From Caecitellus pseudoparvulus (Eukaryota; Protista; Bigyra: Bicosoecida): a stretch of DNA of 64,000 nt. How positions within the stretch are numbered: the first letter of the stretch is position 1; each line of letters begins with the position of its first letter. The position numbers were made by a program, and so were the translations under genes. This document shows positions 21,089 through 33,000 of this stretch, in pieces. The notes under the pieces were generated by a model. That model did not search any database, had not been told where the DNA came from, and worked only from the letters and a program-made list of their open reading frames with translations. The DNA is taken from the NCBI GenBank assembly GCA_965644315.1, contig CBFFRQ010000032.1, positions 186,001 through 250,000 of the forward strand, given 5' to 3'.

Positions 21089-24000
21089 ATGCTCAGCATG
21101 GGGCCTCTTCTCCTCACAGTGGTAATGTCCGCGCTGGCTCTTCAAGGGGCTGCGGGCACCTGCTCCTGCGGCGCAGGTCAGCGTTTCAACCATGCAACGC
21201 AACGCTGCCAACCATGCGCTGCTGGCTCTGCCCGCTCCAGCTCCAGCTCCATGTGTGAAGAGTGCGAATTGTGTCCACCTGGACAGCGATCGATCTATCC
21301 TGGCGCTTCCAGCTGCTCGCCGTGCCAAGCATCCTTTGCCTGCCCGGAGGCCGGCACGGTGGTGGGCGTGCCAGTGCCGCTTGGCATGGCGCTCAAGCCC
21401 GACGGGAAGGGAGTTGAGCCTTGCCCAGCTGGGCATTCGTGCACCCCACAGTCGGGAATGCGGGCAGCGAAGTGTCCCAAAGGCACATTTTCAGCTGCTG
21501 GGGCTCCAGTGTGCTCCGATTGTCCAGCTGGGACCTTGGCAGTGCTGCCAGGTTCATCGGCCTGCGAGGTCTGCTCGGGGTCATTTGACTGGTGCCCGCC
21601 TGGCAGCAGCTCTTCTGAATTCTGCATGGGGACTGCACAGTGGATAGACTCCGAGTGTGTCGTCCAGCGCCGGTCAGACGGCTGCATCTACTCAAGTGGG
21701 GTGGGAGTTGTCCAGTCCGCCGGATTCATTGCAGACTCCGCATTCACTGAGTGTACGCGGAACTGGGGAAATGATGCCTGGTTCCTTATCATCCCCGAAG
21801 TTTCCAATGCTGACTGTGGCACTTCCCCTGTCTGCAACAATATTTCATCCGCGTTGCTGCATGCCTCGACGAGAAGTGAAAAGGCTACACAAATCGTGCT
21901 GGCAGCGGGTTCAGCACACCACGTTGCACTGCCCAACGATATCCTCATTCCAGGCCAGTTAGCCATACATAGTGGATTGCTGAGCATTGCCACGGATGCC
22001 TCTGCTACAGGGGCCTCTCTTTTCATGCCTCGGATGGGCTATAACAATGAGCCCGCGTACCTGACCCTGCAGCTTCCTCCCGCTCCCGATTCAGGAGTAA
22101 GAAGGGTGACCTTATTCTTGGGGAAGACTGCGACGACTTTGCACACCTCAGCCCTGACCTTTCTTCAAAGCAAGGATGCGGTTGGCATCTTCGAAGTGAA
22201 CGCTGACACCACCGGTGCTTTCAGTGTGCCGTCGGTCATGACAGCAGCTTCTGTGGATGACAGCGTCAAGTACAGCGCAAAGATCCACCACCAGGGACAG
22301 CAGATCCGACTGCTTGCCGGTCGAAGCTTCAGCTCATCATCTGCTGTCAAGGATTGGGCCAGGTTTGCGAGTGACCCGCACGTTTCTCTCGTCGTAGAAA
22401 TCGGTGAATCACTGCCATCAACCGTTGCTTGGGACGTGACTGCAACTGTTCCGTTTCCTCTCATGATCGGTTCGGAGACTGCATCACCTTCCACTCTCAC
22501 ACTGCAACAAAAGCACAGCATTCTGGTGGAGTCGCTAACCCTGTCTCGGGTTCACGTGAGGGCGGTAGCGTTGGAACCTTGCGCACGCGTTGTTCCCCAG
22601 TTCGTCGTCTCCTCAGAGGTCAATGTTCCGGCTGGTTCTGACATAGCACATTTTTCTGTCCTCCAACAGACGTGTTCCACCACACCAATTATCTTGTTTG
22701 CGAAGCTCCCATGGGGATCTGTTATTGACTTCAGAGACAGTGTCCTTGGGAGCTTTGGATTGGCAGTTGTCATCTCAAGCCCGGCTCACGTGTCCATCCT
22801 GCACAGCAACGTCACCCTTCCTCCAGCTGCAAGCACGCCTGCCATGGCCTTGGATGGGCTGATCTCGCTGACAATAGAAGACTCCCTGATAGCTTCCAGT
22901 GGCTCAGTCTCATCTTCCATCGTTCAAGTCTCAGGCACCGCGTCAGTTTCGACGACCAGAGTTACGTTTGATAGCTCTGATGCGCTGCCATCTGGGATTC
23001 CTTTGCTGAGCATCGACCTGGACCCCATGCCAGCTGGAGCTGGCGCTGCCCACGCGCACTCCACACTGGGCGACACCCATGTCCTCGGCAGTGCACGCCC
23101 GTGTGTTTCCTTTCAAGGGCCGGCAGGAGAGCATCAACTGCAAAGTGCGCAGCCAAACCTCATCAGCCGCCCTGCCACGACAAGTGTGTCGGTCCAGTAC
23201 CTCTCCATTGCGGAGCTGGCACCTGACACACGCAACCGCTCGGCTGCTGTCTTCGTGGTTGCTCCAAACATTGATGTGTCCGTCGACTCCATCACCCTGC
23301 TGGACAAAGACCTACCGTCTGATTTTATGGTTGTGGAAGGGGGGTGGGCAGGAGGGCAGCAACTGCCCCAAGGGCTGCAGCACCATGCCGGAGTGGTGAG
23401 CATTTCACGGATGCCCTTGCATGGCAAAGAAGGACCAAACTGCAACGTTGTCGCGTACTCGTGCGCCTCAGAGCACGGATGCCATGGTACCGTCAATGTC
23501 ACGTTCGTTGAAGCTGTGGAAAGCACACTTCGTTCCTTGTCGCTTGCCAGAGTGCGCAACTCACGAGCTGGACGAGGAACATTCATTCTTCCAGTGATCT
23601 CTGCGAAGAACATTGTCGTTCAGGGCTCTTACCTGACCTCACAGGCGCCCTTGCTGAAGGGGCAGCCAACAGCAGAAGTTAGTGTGTCCGACGCACTCGT
23701 CGAGCGCTCCACAATCGGGACGCAAGGGCCTTCGTGGGGTGTTTGGGCCTCATTCGGGGGTGACATGGGAGCGTGCCCCGCGGGTTGGGTGGACTTTGGA
23801 CCAGGAACATCTGCCTGCGGAAGACCTGCAGCAGGTCCCCACAAGGGACTGCAGGCGGCTACCGATGCGTGTCGCAGGCTGGGTGGCGCGTCGCTGCCGT
23901 TTGCAGTTGCTGAGCACAAGGAAGCTCTGTCCTTGATGTGTACGAGTGGAAGGTGCCTACTCAACGAACTGGACAGCTTCCTTTCGGCAGGGCAGCTGAC

Positions 24001-27000
24001 TTCCGACCGTTCCACAAGCTCCTCGCAAGCACTGTACGATTCATGGAAGGGCAGCATCTCCTTCTCCGCACACACCAGCTCTGTGGGGGCCCCAAAAAGG
24101 TGCATTGCTATAGACTCGGATGACCCTCTGAGGCTCATCATCGTTTCATGTGCGTCGCAGTTTGACACTGCCCTCTGTGTTGCGCCAGCCTTCCGCGCCG
24201 GGAACAGCGTGGTACCAGTGCAAAGCGCACTTGCAGCCCCTCTCGGACAGACGTTGCGCACGAACACTTTCCGCAACGTAAACTTGCACGACACGGTCAT
24301 CACGTCAACGAGGCCATCAAGTACATGGAGCTCGGACCAAGCTTGCAGCTTCGCTTTTTTGCGGGGAGGCATGAGCACCGCATCAACCTTGGACCTCAAC
24401 TTCGACGATGTGCGCCTGCTGGGGTGCAGCCACAGCGTGGCGAGCCTTGAGAGCCCTGGCAATGTTTCGATCCAGGGCACTTTTGAGGGGGTGCACCTGG
24501 AACTTCCCGGCTCTGTGTTTGAGGCTGTCACACATGACCACCCTCCTGCTTCCCTTGTCGGAGGAACCCTTGGCTCCTCTTCACATGTACGCATCAGCGG
24601 GCTCAAGGTGCGCAACGTCTCAGCTTCCCTCCCAAGCGCCTTGGTGGCTCTTCGAGTGCTCGCTCCACCCGATCAGTCACCCCAACATACCGAGTTCGGC
24701 CTCCAAGTGCAAGATATTGACATGCATGGACAGCCCCAAAGCAGTGCACTTGCTGACCTTCGCGGGAACAGTGGCCTGCCCGGCTTGTACTTCCAAGGCT
24801 TCAACTTCTCAGCGCATGCTCTGCCGGACTTGAGCATCCCGCTCATTCGCGTCCAGCACGCAACTTCCGTGCATATCGAAAACGTGTCTGTTCGTGATGT
24901 GCACGTCACGGGCCATGGCGACACAGGCTTGGTGCACATTAGCGACTGCCTTGCCCATCCAAGCAAGCTGCCCAGCTTGCACGCCCCAGTCCCACTTCAA
25001 GCTGCTCTCGAGTCGATGACGTTTCAGAATGTGTCTTTGGCTGCCCCTCGGGGGGGGGCACTGTTTGCCCAGGCCTGCAGCTCGGCGGTACGAGGAGCTG
25101 TGTTCCGTGCTGCTCGGGCATTCCCGGTGCAAGACCACGACACTGTCACTGGTGGGGTTCTGGTTTCTGGCCCCCAAAGCTATGCGCACATAACTTCAGC
25201 TGTTTTTGTGGACTGTAACGCAACCCATGGGGGTGGCATTGCCGCCGAGTTCTTGCAGCACCTGGAAGTGTCCCAGTGCCACTTCTTCAACACCAGTGCC
25301 TCCGTGGCAGGTGGCGGAGTCAGTGCCAGACGGATAGGAACCGTATTCGTGCACAATAGCAGCTTCGAAGAAACTACGGCAGGGGGCGAGTCTTCCTTCG
25401 GCAGCGGTGGCGCCGTGTCCTGCGCCGGCAACAAGCGCACGCTCCTTCAAACCCTGACCCCGATCACCGCGCCAGCACAAGCTCTGAGCCCAGAAACCGT
25501 GACAGGAACAACTGTGACCGTGCTTGACGGTGCCATGCTGCTGGCCAACTTGTCGGTGATTCGTAGCCGTGCGGGGCAAGGTGCATCCCTCTTCTTGGAC
25601 CGGGCAGACGCGCCCGGGCGGTCGGCGGTGCGAGACCTGCGGGTGCTCTCGTCTGATGGGAACGCAGGCATTTTTGACACGTCCAACAACGTCACATTCG
25701 CCAACTGCCAAGTGCAAGATGTCGATGGTGGCTCTCCCCAGGATGCGGTCGTGGAGTCCCCTGCCACACAACTCCAGTGGAGAACAGGAACCGGACAGGC
25801 GGCGATTGAGGTGCTGGACCTGGTGCCGGGCGCACCACACCCAGCTGACGAAACGCCAGAGCTTGCGGTGCTATCGGCTTCGGGAGTCGTACAAGCTGAT
25901 GACTTTAGCACGACTTGCGAGTTTCAGGCTGAGGATGAGGACGGGATAGCGCTCATTTTGGGCTATTCACAGCCCCGCATTGCGGAGGCAGGAATGGTGA
26001 GCCTCGCCCCGTTGCAGCTTGACTCTTTGTACAACTCCACGGTGTGGGTATATGGAGAGTGCTCTCTCTTTCGAGCTGATGATGAGTTCGCGTTGCTGAG
26101 GAAGCTGCCTGTTCCCAAGCTGCCCGTGCGCTCGGTCAGTGTAAACCTGACGTGGGCCCATGACTGGACTGCCGTGGATGCAACCCCTTACACAGCACAA
26201 TCTCCGTCCATGCTGCCCGAAAAACCAGTCCTGACTGCAGCTCTGGTGAGATGGAATGGAAGCAGGGTGGGAGTCACAGAAGCAGTCGCTGAGGGACTCG
26301 CTGACGCGGAAGAGGCTGTCCGCGATCGCCCCCTGCCCTTCGAGCTTCAGTGCTGGGTCGATGTTGCCGCTGCAAGTGTGGGGGGCTCTTCTATCAACCC
26401 TGCAACTGTGACGTTGGCAGGGAACATCTCCTTGGAAACCGTGGGAAATGCTGCCGCGTTCGAGTTCGGCGTCAGTGCCGCGGAAGGCACGACGCTCGAA
26501 GTGCAAGGCCACTGCAAAGGCCCCAGCGGCGAGCAAGTGTCCACGACGTCTCGATTTTCCGTTGAAATCTTCCCCGTGTTGCTTCAGTGGGAGCTTCTCG
26601 CAGGTGATGCCCCTTCCGCCTCCACAACTGCGGATCCACCACTTGCCGACCCAAGTGTCTTGAAGACATCCGCTATGGCATCAAGTGACAGCGTTGTATT
26701 CGCCCTTCGACCCTTTCCTGCCATCTTTCACGAGCTGAACGATAGGGAGTGTCGCTTGAGCATCGCTGATGCCGAAGGAAGCAGCTCTTCTGCGGGCGTG
26801 ACTGCCCTACTCCGTGGTCAAACCACAACAGTATCACGACAGTTCGCATCTGGTAAGTCACTGGCGATCTTCAACAATGTCGGCGTTCAGATAGTAGACG
26901 CTGACCCCTTCACCCAAGACTACGTAGTCCACATCGGCGCCGAGTGTCGCGGGTCTTCAGCCGCATACATCCCCCTTCTCGACCTGCTTGAAGTCAAGGT

Positions 27001-30000
27001 TCGCTTCCCCCAGCCGCGCCTCAAACCTTCCACCACGATGAACTTGCCCGTGTCTTTGCTTCCTACTCCACCAGGGCAGGAGGATGTCGGGCCACAGCCG
27101 GGCCTCTTTGTGCGAATCGAGGCAGAGGTGGAGCTGACCCACGCAGAGATACTCGCGGTGGTAGCAAGTGCTCAAGCGGGAAACTCGTTTGAGGCCGTCA
27201 ATTCCCTTGGTTTCGACTGCTACCTCTTGCTGACGGACAGCGATGGGGATGAGTCTGAGCAGGTAGCCGTCTCTGGAGCAGACCAAGTTAGGCTTTCCAT
27301 CCCCCTCGGTACAAGAACAACTGGGGGGCCAGCACTGCTTCCTCTCATGTTCAACCTGTCTGTTGTTGGCTCTCCAGGCGAAGGAGCTCAAGTGAGACCT
27401 GCCTGTGAATGGGTGGATACGACACTGTCTGTCGCACGGGCAGAAGCCTCTGCCACTGTGCATGTGTCAGAGTTTGTCGTTGAGCTCGAACACGCGACGC
27501 CCGGCACAGTTTCTGCCCTGAGGTCTGAAAGCGTAGGCCTCCAAACACCTGATGAGTTCCTCCTTTCGCATGCCCCCCGCCTAGTGGTGTCAGTGCTCGA
27601 TGCAGTGTCAGGGCAGAGGAAGCCAATGAGCATGGTCCTCGCCGGCCGCAGCGACCTGATGGGTCTCATGCAGTGCAGCATGTTCTCTGCATCGACAGAA
27701 GTATCTCTTTTGGGGGACACCACGACTTTGGTGGTCGGGGGCAACGCCACGTTTGACAGGGTGGGACTTGGCGGGCAATTTGGTGCAAGTGCTGTTGCAA
27801 ACTTCAGCTGTTCCTGGGGAGGCGATGCGACCGCATCGGAAAACGGTGTGCAAGTGCTCGTGCTGGGCTTCGAAATTGGCGGCCCTTCGATTGGGCGCCG
27901 GGCCCTGCAGCTGAAAATGATGCCCCACGCCTTGCGCAGCAGCGGAGCCTTTTTCAACCCCCTCACGCCGCCACCCATGCAGTGTTTGACTTGGAGCACC
28001 CCCACTGGACCTCAACCGCTGGCACTTGAGCTGCCATGCTCCATTCGAATCGTGACATCCTGGCCAGACTCCACGGCTTTTCTCATGGGGAAGACGAGCG
28101 TCAGCATCAACGCGTCGACCGGCTGCTTGGCTTTTGACGAGCTGGGAGTCAGTGCTCCGCCCGGCGCAGTGTTGCAGCTCGCAGCAACATGCGACTATCT
28201 GGGGCTTTCAAACCTTGATGTGGACATGGGGAATGTAAGTATAGACTCTCTCAAGCTCAGGTGGACGCTGGACGGCGAACTGGCAGAAAACGCAAGCCTG
28301 GGGGCGCTGCCAGTGGCACTCCACGGGCACTCTCCCGACGAAGGCGCGAACATTCCTCTTTCCCGCGAAGTCGGCATTGAAGCCCTCGTCTCGGGACCGA
28401 GCGCTGCATACCCAGCTCCTCGGGAAGTGACTTGCAGCGTGGCAGTTAATGCTGCCTTCCACTCCTCCGGTGCCCTTCCTGTGCTGCTTACAACACATGG
28501 CAATGCCACCATGCATAAAGACCAGTGGTCTTTCCTTCTTGCTGGACCCCTTGCGGCGGAAGCCCAAGTCACCCTCCTGCTGTCTTTCGCAGACAGCACT
28601 GACGTGGCGATCCCACCTGGGTCCAGGCGGGCCACATTTTCCGGGACAGGTTTGACCGGCGAATCGAGCAGCATTGGCGCGCTGGATGCCACGTGCTCGC
28701 TCGATGGTAGCCCGTACGAGGTTGAAGAACTCATCTTCATTGAGTCACTTGACTTGGGCCTTAGCCTTGGGTGGGGCGGGCACACTACACCTCAGTTCTT
28801 CCTCCCTTCCACGGCAGCAGGAACTGGGTCAGCGCTGATCCCACTTTCTCCGGATGTGAACGTGACACTCCATGCAGAATCGGCCTTTGCTGAAGTGCCA
28901 AGTTCAGACACTCTGTCTAGCATTGAGCTGGGGGAAACTGTGTCATGCTCACTGGACCTTGACCCAAAGCCCGCCTTCAACGGCTCTGCGTTTAGCGGCG
29001 AATTGCTCGGCACGGAGCTCGTAAACGCTGCCTCCGTGCCCATGAGCGGAAGCCCGCCCGCGGCAGTTTTCTCCGATGTCGGCATCTCAGGGCCGCTGGG
29101 AGCAGCTGGGCTGCTGACTGCGACGTGTTCGTGGGTGAGTGGCGAGCTGCTGCACGCTGCCGCCCGCACAATCGTGGCCGTTCCACCTCACCGTGTAGTT
29201 TGGGCACAGCCGCCAAGCCCATTCTTCCTCTTCAATACCGAGCTTGATGAATTCTCTGTTGCGTTCGAAGATGTGGCGACCGGAGGTTCAGTTCCCGTGC
29301 CGGCCTTTTTCGATCCAGCAGCCTTGTCTTGCAGCGTGGCCGCAGTAGATGCTTCAGGCAGCGCGATGAGCATGCAGGGTCTCACCACGGCAAGCGTGCT
29401 GCAAGGCACACATACTGTGCACTTTAGCAGCGCACTGTCTCGCATAGCTTTCAGCAGCCCAGAGTCTGCGATTCCCCTGCTGAGCAACGTCACAATCACC
29501 GTGCAGTGCTCGTTCAACGGGCAGCGTCTCGAACCAGTGTCAGCGACCACAGCAGTCCAAGCGCTGGAGCTCGCCTGGAGCACGGCACCCCCTGCTGAAA
29601 GCCCACCGGTCTCACGTTCAGCAGGTGGACAGCTGAAAGGCACCCTTGACGCGTTCTCTGTTGTGCTGCTCAACCACACCACCCACGTACTTGTCCAGGA
29701 AAATGGCGCTCTTTGCACTGCTTCCTACGTGCTGCAAGGCACAGTGGACACAAAAGCTATGGCGTCAGCGACCATGACAGGCGGACAAGCGAAGTTTGAA
29801 GGGCTCTACATCGACGAGCCGTTTGGCTCAAATGTAACGCTGCGCGTGCAATGTGAACGAGAGCAAGGCGGCCCAACATACTCTGTGGAGGCAGCGATCC
29901 AAGTTGCACCGCTTCACATTCTGCCTTTGCCACCCGCTCCGGCACTGCAGGTCTTCAACCATTCGACACTTCAGATTAACGCATTGGTGGTGCTGGGGGG

Positions 30001-33000
30001 GGGGTCACCCCCTTGGCTGGGAGCAGCAGCGCCTACACGGCTCATGCAGCCTGCGAACCAGTCAGACTCAGAACAGGCTCGCGCGGTGGCTGCGGCCTCT
30101 GGCTTCTTTGATTGGGAAGGGGTCTCCCAGCCTCGCCCGCTGGACATCCTCAGAGTGTCGTGCACAATTTCCATCGCTGCAGCACCGAATGCTTCGAGCT
30201 TGCTATCCCTTGCTGGCAGCCTGTCAGTGACCCCATCGTCTAAAGGAGAGGCTGGTCTGACACCAAGTATTGTGGGACTTGCGGGGGATGCGGGGGAGCT
30301 GCTCCTTACATGCTCTGTCGGCTCCCACTCGACCTCCCTGAGGCTGTTCGGCGTCGGCCTCCCTCGACCAGCGCTGCATTGGCTTGTGCCACCGCCAAGC
30401 ATGTGGTTCCCCTCGAATGCCCAAGCAGAGGCGCCCATGTCGCCCGTACCCACCCTGGAAGTGCGTGCGGAGAGTGGGGTTGCCATGCCCGTGCGAGACA
30501 GTGCCGGTGGGTACTTCTGTGACATACTCATGAGCACTCACGACGACCGGGCAATTTCCCTCTTGCAGCCGCCAGACGGTGGCTTTCAGAACTCTGAGCT
30601 TGGTGCCACTCAGATTGCCCTGTCACCCCTCATGCCCATGACGGGCAGTGGGACGCTGGTCTCCTTCACTGTCGCATGCCAGCGAACCGCAGGCGATGAG
30701 CCTCTTACCCTCTCCTGGGAAACTGACTTCCCCCTGTTAGGAATCGAGGTGTCTATGCCTGCGCTTTTCAGGATCTTGCCCGACGATGAAGCGAGTCTAA
30801 TTTTCCCTGAAGTGCAAGTCACAGCCGTCGAAACCCGTCCGGGAGCTGACTTCCGCCCAGCAACGTTCCTGTCGACAGATGCGGTATTCTGCTCTGTATC
30901 CGTCCTTGCAGCTGCGGAGGGGACTTTCTTCACAAGCACTGGCCCGTCGCGGCTGCCTGCTTCTTCAGGCCGTGTTTCGTGGATTGGCACGGCTGGCATC
31001 AACATCCGCGGGGCCCGGGAGTCAACTGGCGAGTTGCGGCTAGCATGCTTTCTGGGCTCCTCCCAAATCGGCAAAACAGTTGTAAGCGGCATCAAAATTC
31101 GTGGGTGCAATGAGGGGGAAGAGCCACAAGTTGAGCAAGGCAGACCGGACAAGTGCCAGCCCTGCGATGTAGGGGAGTACTCCCTGGGCGGAGACATGCC
31201 CTGCACGACCTGCCCAAAGCGGGGTGTCGAGTGCACCAATGGCCTCATTACGCCAAGCAAGGACTACTTCTTGCAAGTGAAGGAAGGCGCCACACAGTAC
31301 ATAAATGCCACGTCTGGCACGGTGCTGCTTGATGCAAGCTCAGAACTTCACCCTTGCTTCTTCCCGAATGCCGGCGCGTGCCTCGTGGACCAAGACTTGC
31401 TGGCATATTCCTGTGCACCAGGGTACGTCGGACCGCGATGCGGCATTTGCGATGTTAACAGCGGGTATGCTCGGGATGGCGCTGTGTGCTCCCGCTGCTC
31501 GGACCCGGCGGTGAACTGGCTCATTGTGGCTGCAATGGGGGTCGCCCTGCTGGCTGGCCTTGTCTACATTTCACAGCGAAAGGTAACCAGCTTGCGTGAC
31601 AGGAAGTTTGATTCAATTGCAGGGAAGATCTTCATGTCCTATGCCCAGGCGTTGGGCGCTCTGGGTCTCTACGCTGCGAAAGGCACTGCAACCTTCCGGC
31701 GCATCATGGGAGCCACGGAAGCGGTTGCAGCAGGGGGCATCTTGGGCGCCCAGCCCATCACATGTGTCACCAATGGCGCATTCAACTACTACTTCATGAC
31801 CTACGCAACATTCTTGCTTCCAGCCATCGTTGCGGTGCTTGTCGTGCTCGTCAGCGTCGGAATCATCATTCTGAAGCACTGCGGCAGCTCCAAAGCGCGG
31901 GCAGCAGCCCTGGCAGCTGCCAGCAGCGACCACTCACCCGGGGACGTCGAGCAGCAAGCAGCGAGGGAGGCTGAAGAGCTTGAGGAGGCAGCCGAGCAGG
32001 AAGAGGTGTCCATGACCCCTCGAGAGGAAGTCGGCAGCACAGGAGCTGCGAACAGCAACGTCAGCTTGAACGACGCTCAAGACAGTGACGATGACTTCAC
32101 TGCGCTGGGTCCAGGAACGAGGGAAGGGGAGAGTGCCAGCGATGCCCGGAAGCGCCGTGCGGTCGCCGCCGAGGCTGCCGCAGCCGCCGATGCTCGACGG
32201 CAACTGCTTCTTCCGCTCGGGACCAAACTGTACTTGTTCATCAAAGAGAAGCAGTACATCGCTGTCGTACTCGGCATCTTGTTCCTCACCTACACCACCT
32301 CGACCTCGAGAGCCTTTCAAGTGCTGGACTGCGATGATGAGACAGTGGGTGGGGTGCGCTACCTCGCGGTTGACATGGCAACGCCTTGTGAGGGTGCTGA
32401 CTACGTCCTAGCGACTGTTTTGTCTGTGACTGTGCTGTGCGTGCTGGGCCTTGGCTTCCCGCTGGCATTTGCAAGGTACTTGGTCTCCAAGCGACACAAA
32501 CTGAAGCAGCGGGCATTCTTCATGCGGTTTGGATTCATGTACGAAGGCTTGTCCATCGATAGAGGGACATTCTGGTATGAGTCTGTGACACTCATCCGTA
32601 AGGCTGGAATCGTCATGCTGGCGTCACTCATTACGGATCCGTTCAACCAAATCATGGCTGCACTGTTCCTTGTGAACTTCTTCCTGGTCTTGCACCTGCG
32701 CTTCAGGCCCTACGCTGCGTCCAAGCACAACAAGTTAGAGATGATGACCCTCATTTGCCTCTCCATCACTCAGTCGGTGTCCATGCTCTACTTCCGAGCA
32801 GAGCGCGCGCTGGCCGAGTCAACGCAGGAGGAGGCTCTCGCACTGGAGGTCGTGACCACCATCGCATTGACCCTTCCCAACCTGGCCTGCGGGCTGGTGT
32901 GCATTGCAGCTGTGCTGAGGCTTGGCCCGTTCAAGCACAGCCTTCCAGATCACCATGGGGACGCATGGCACGCGGAGATGAAACTGTGGGAAGTTACGAG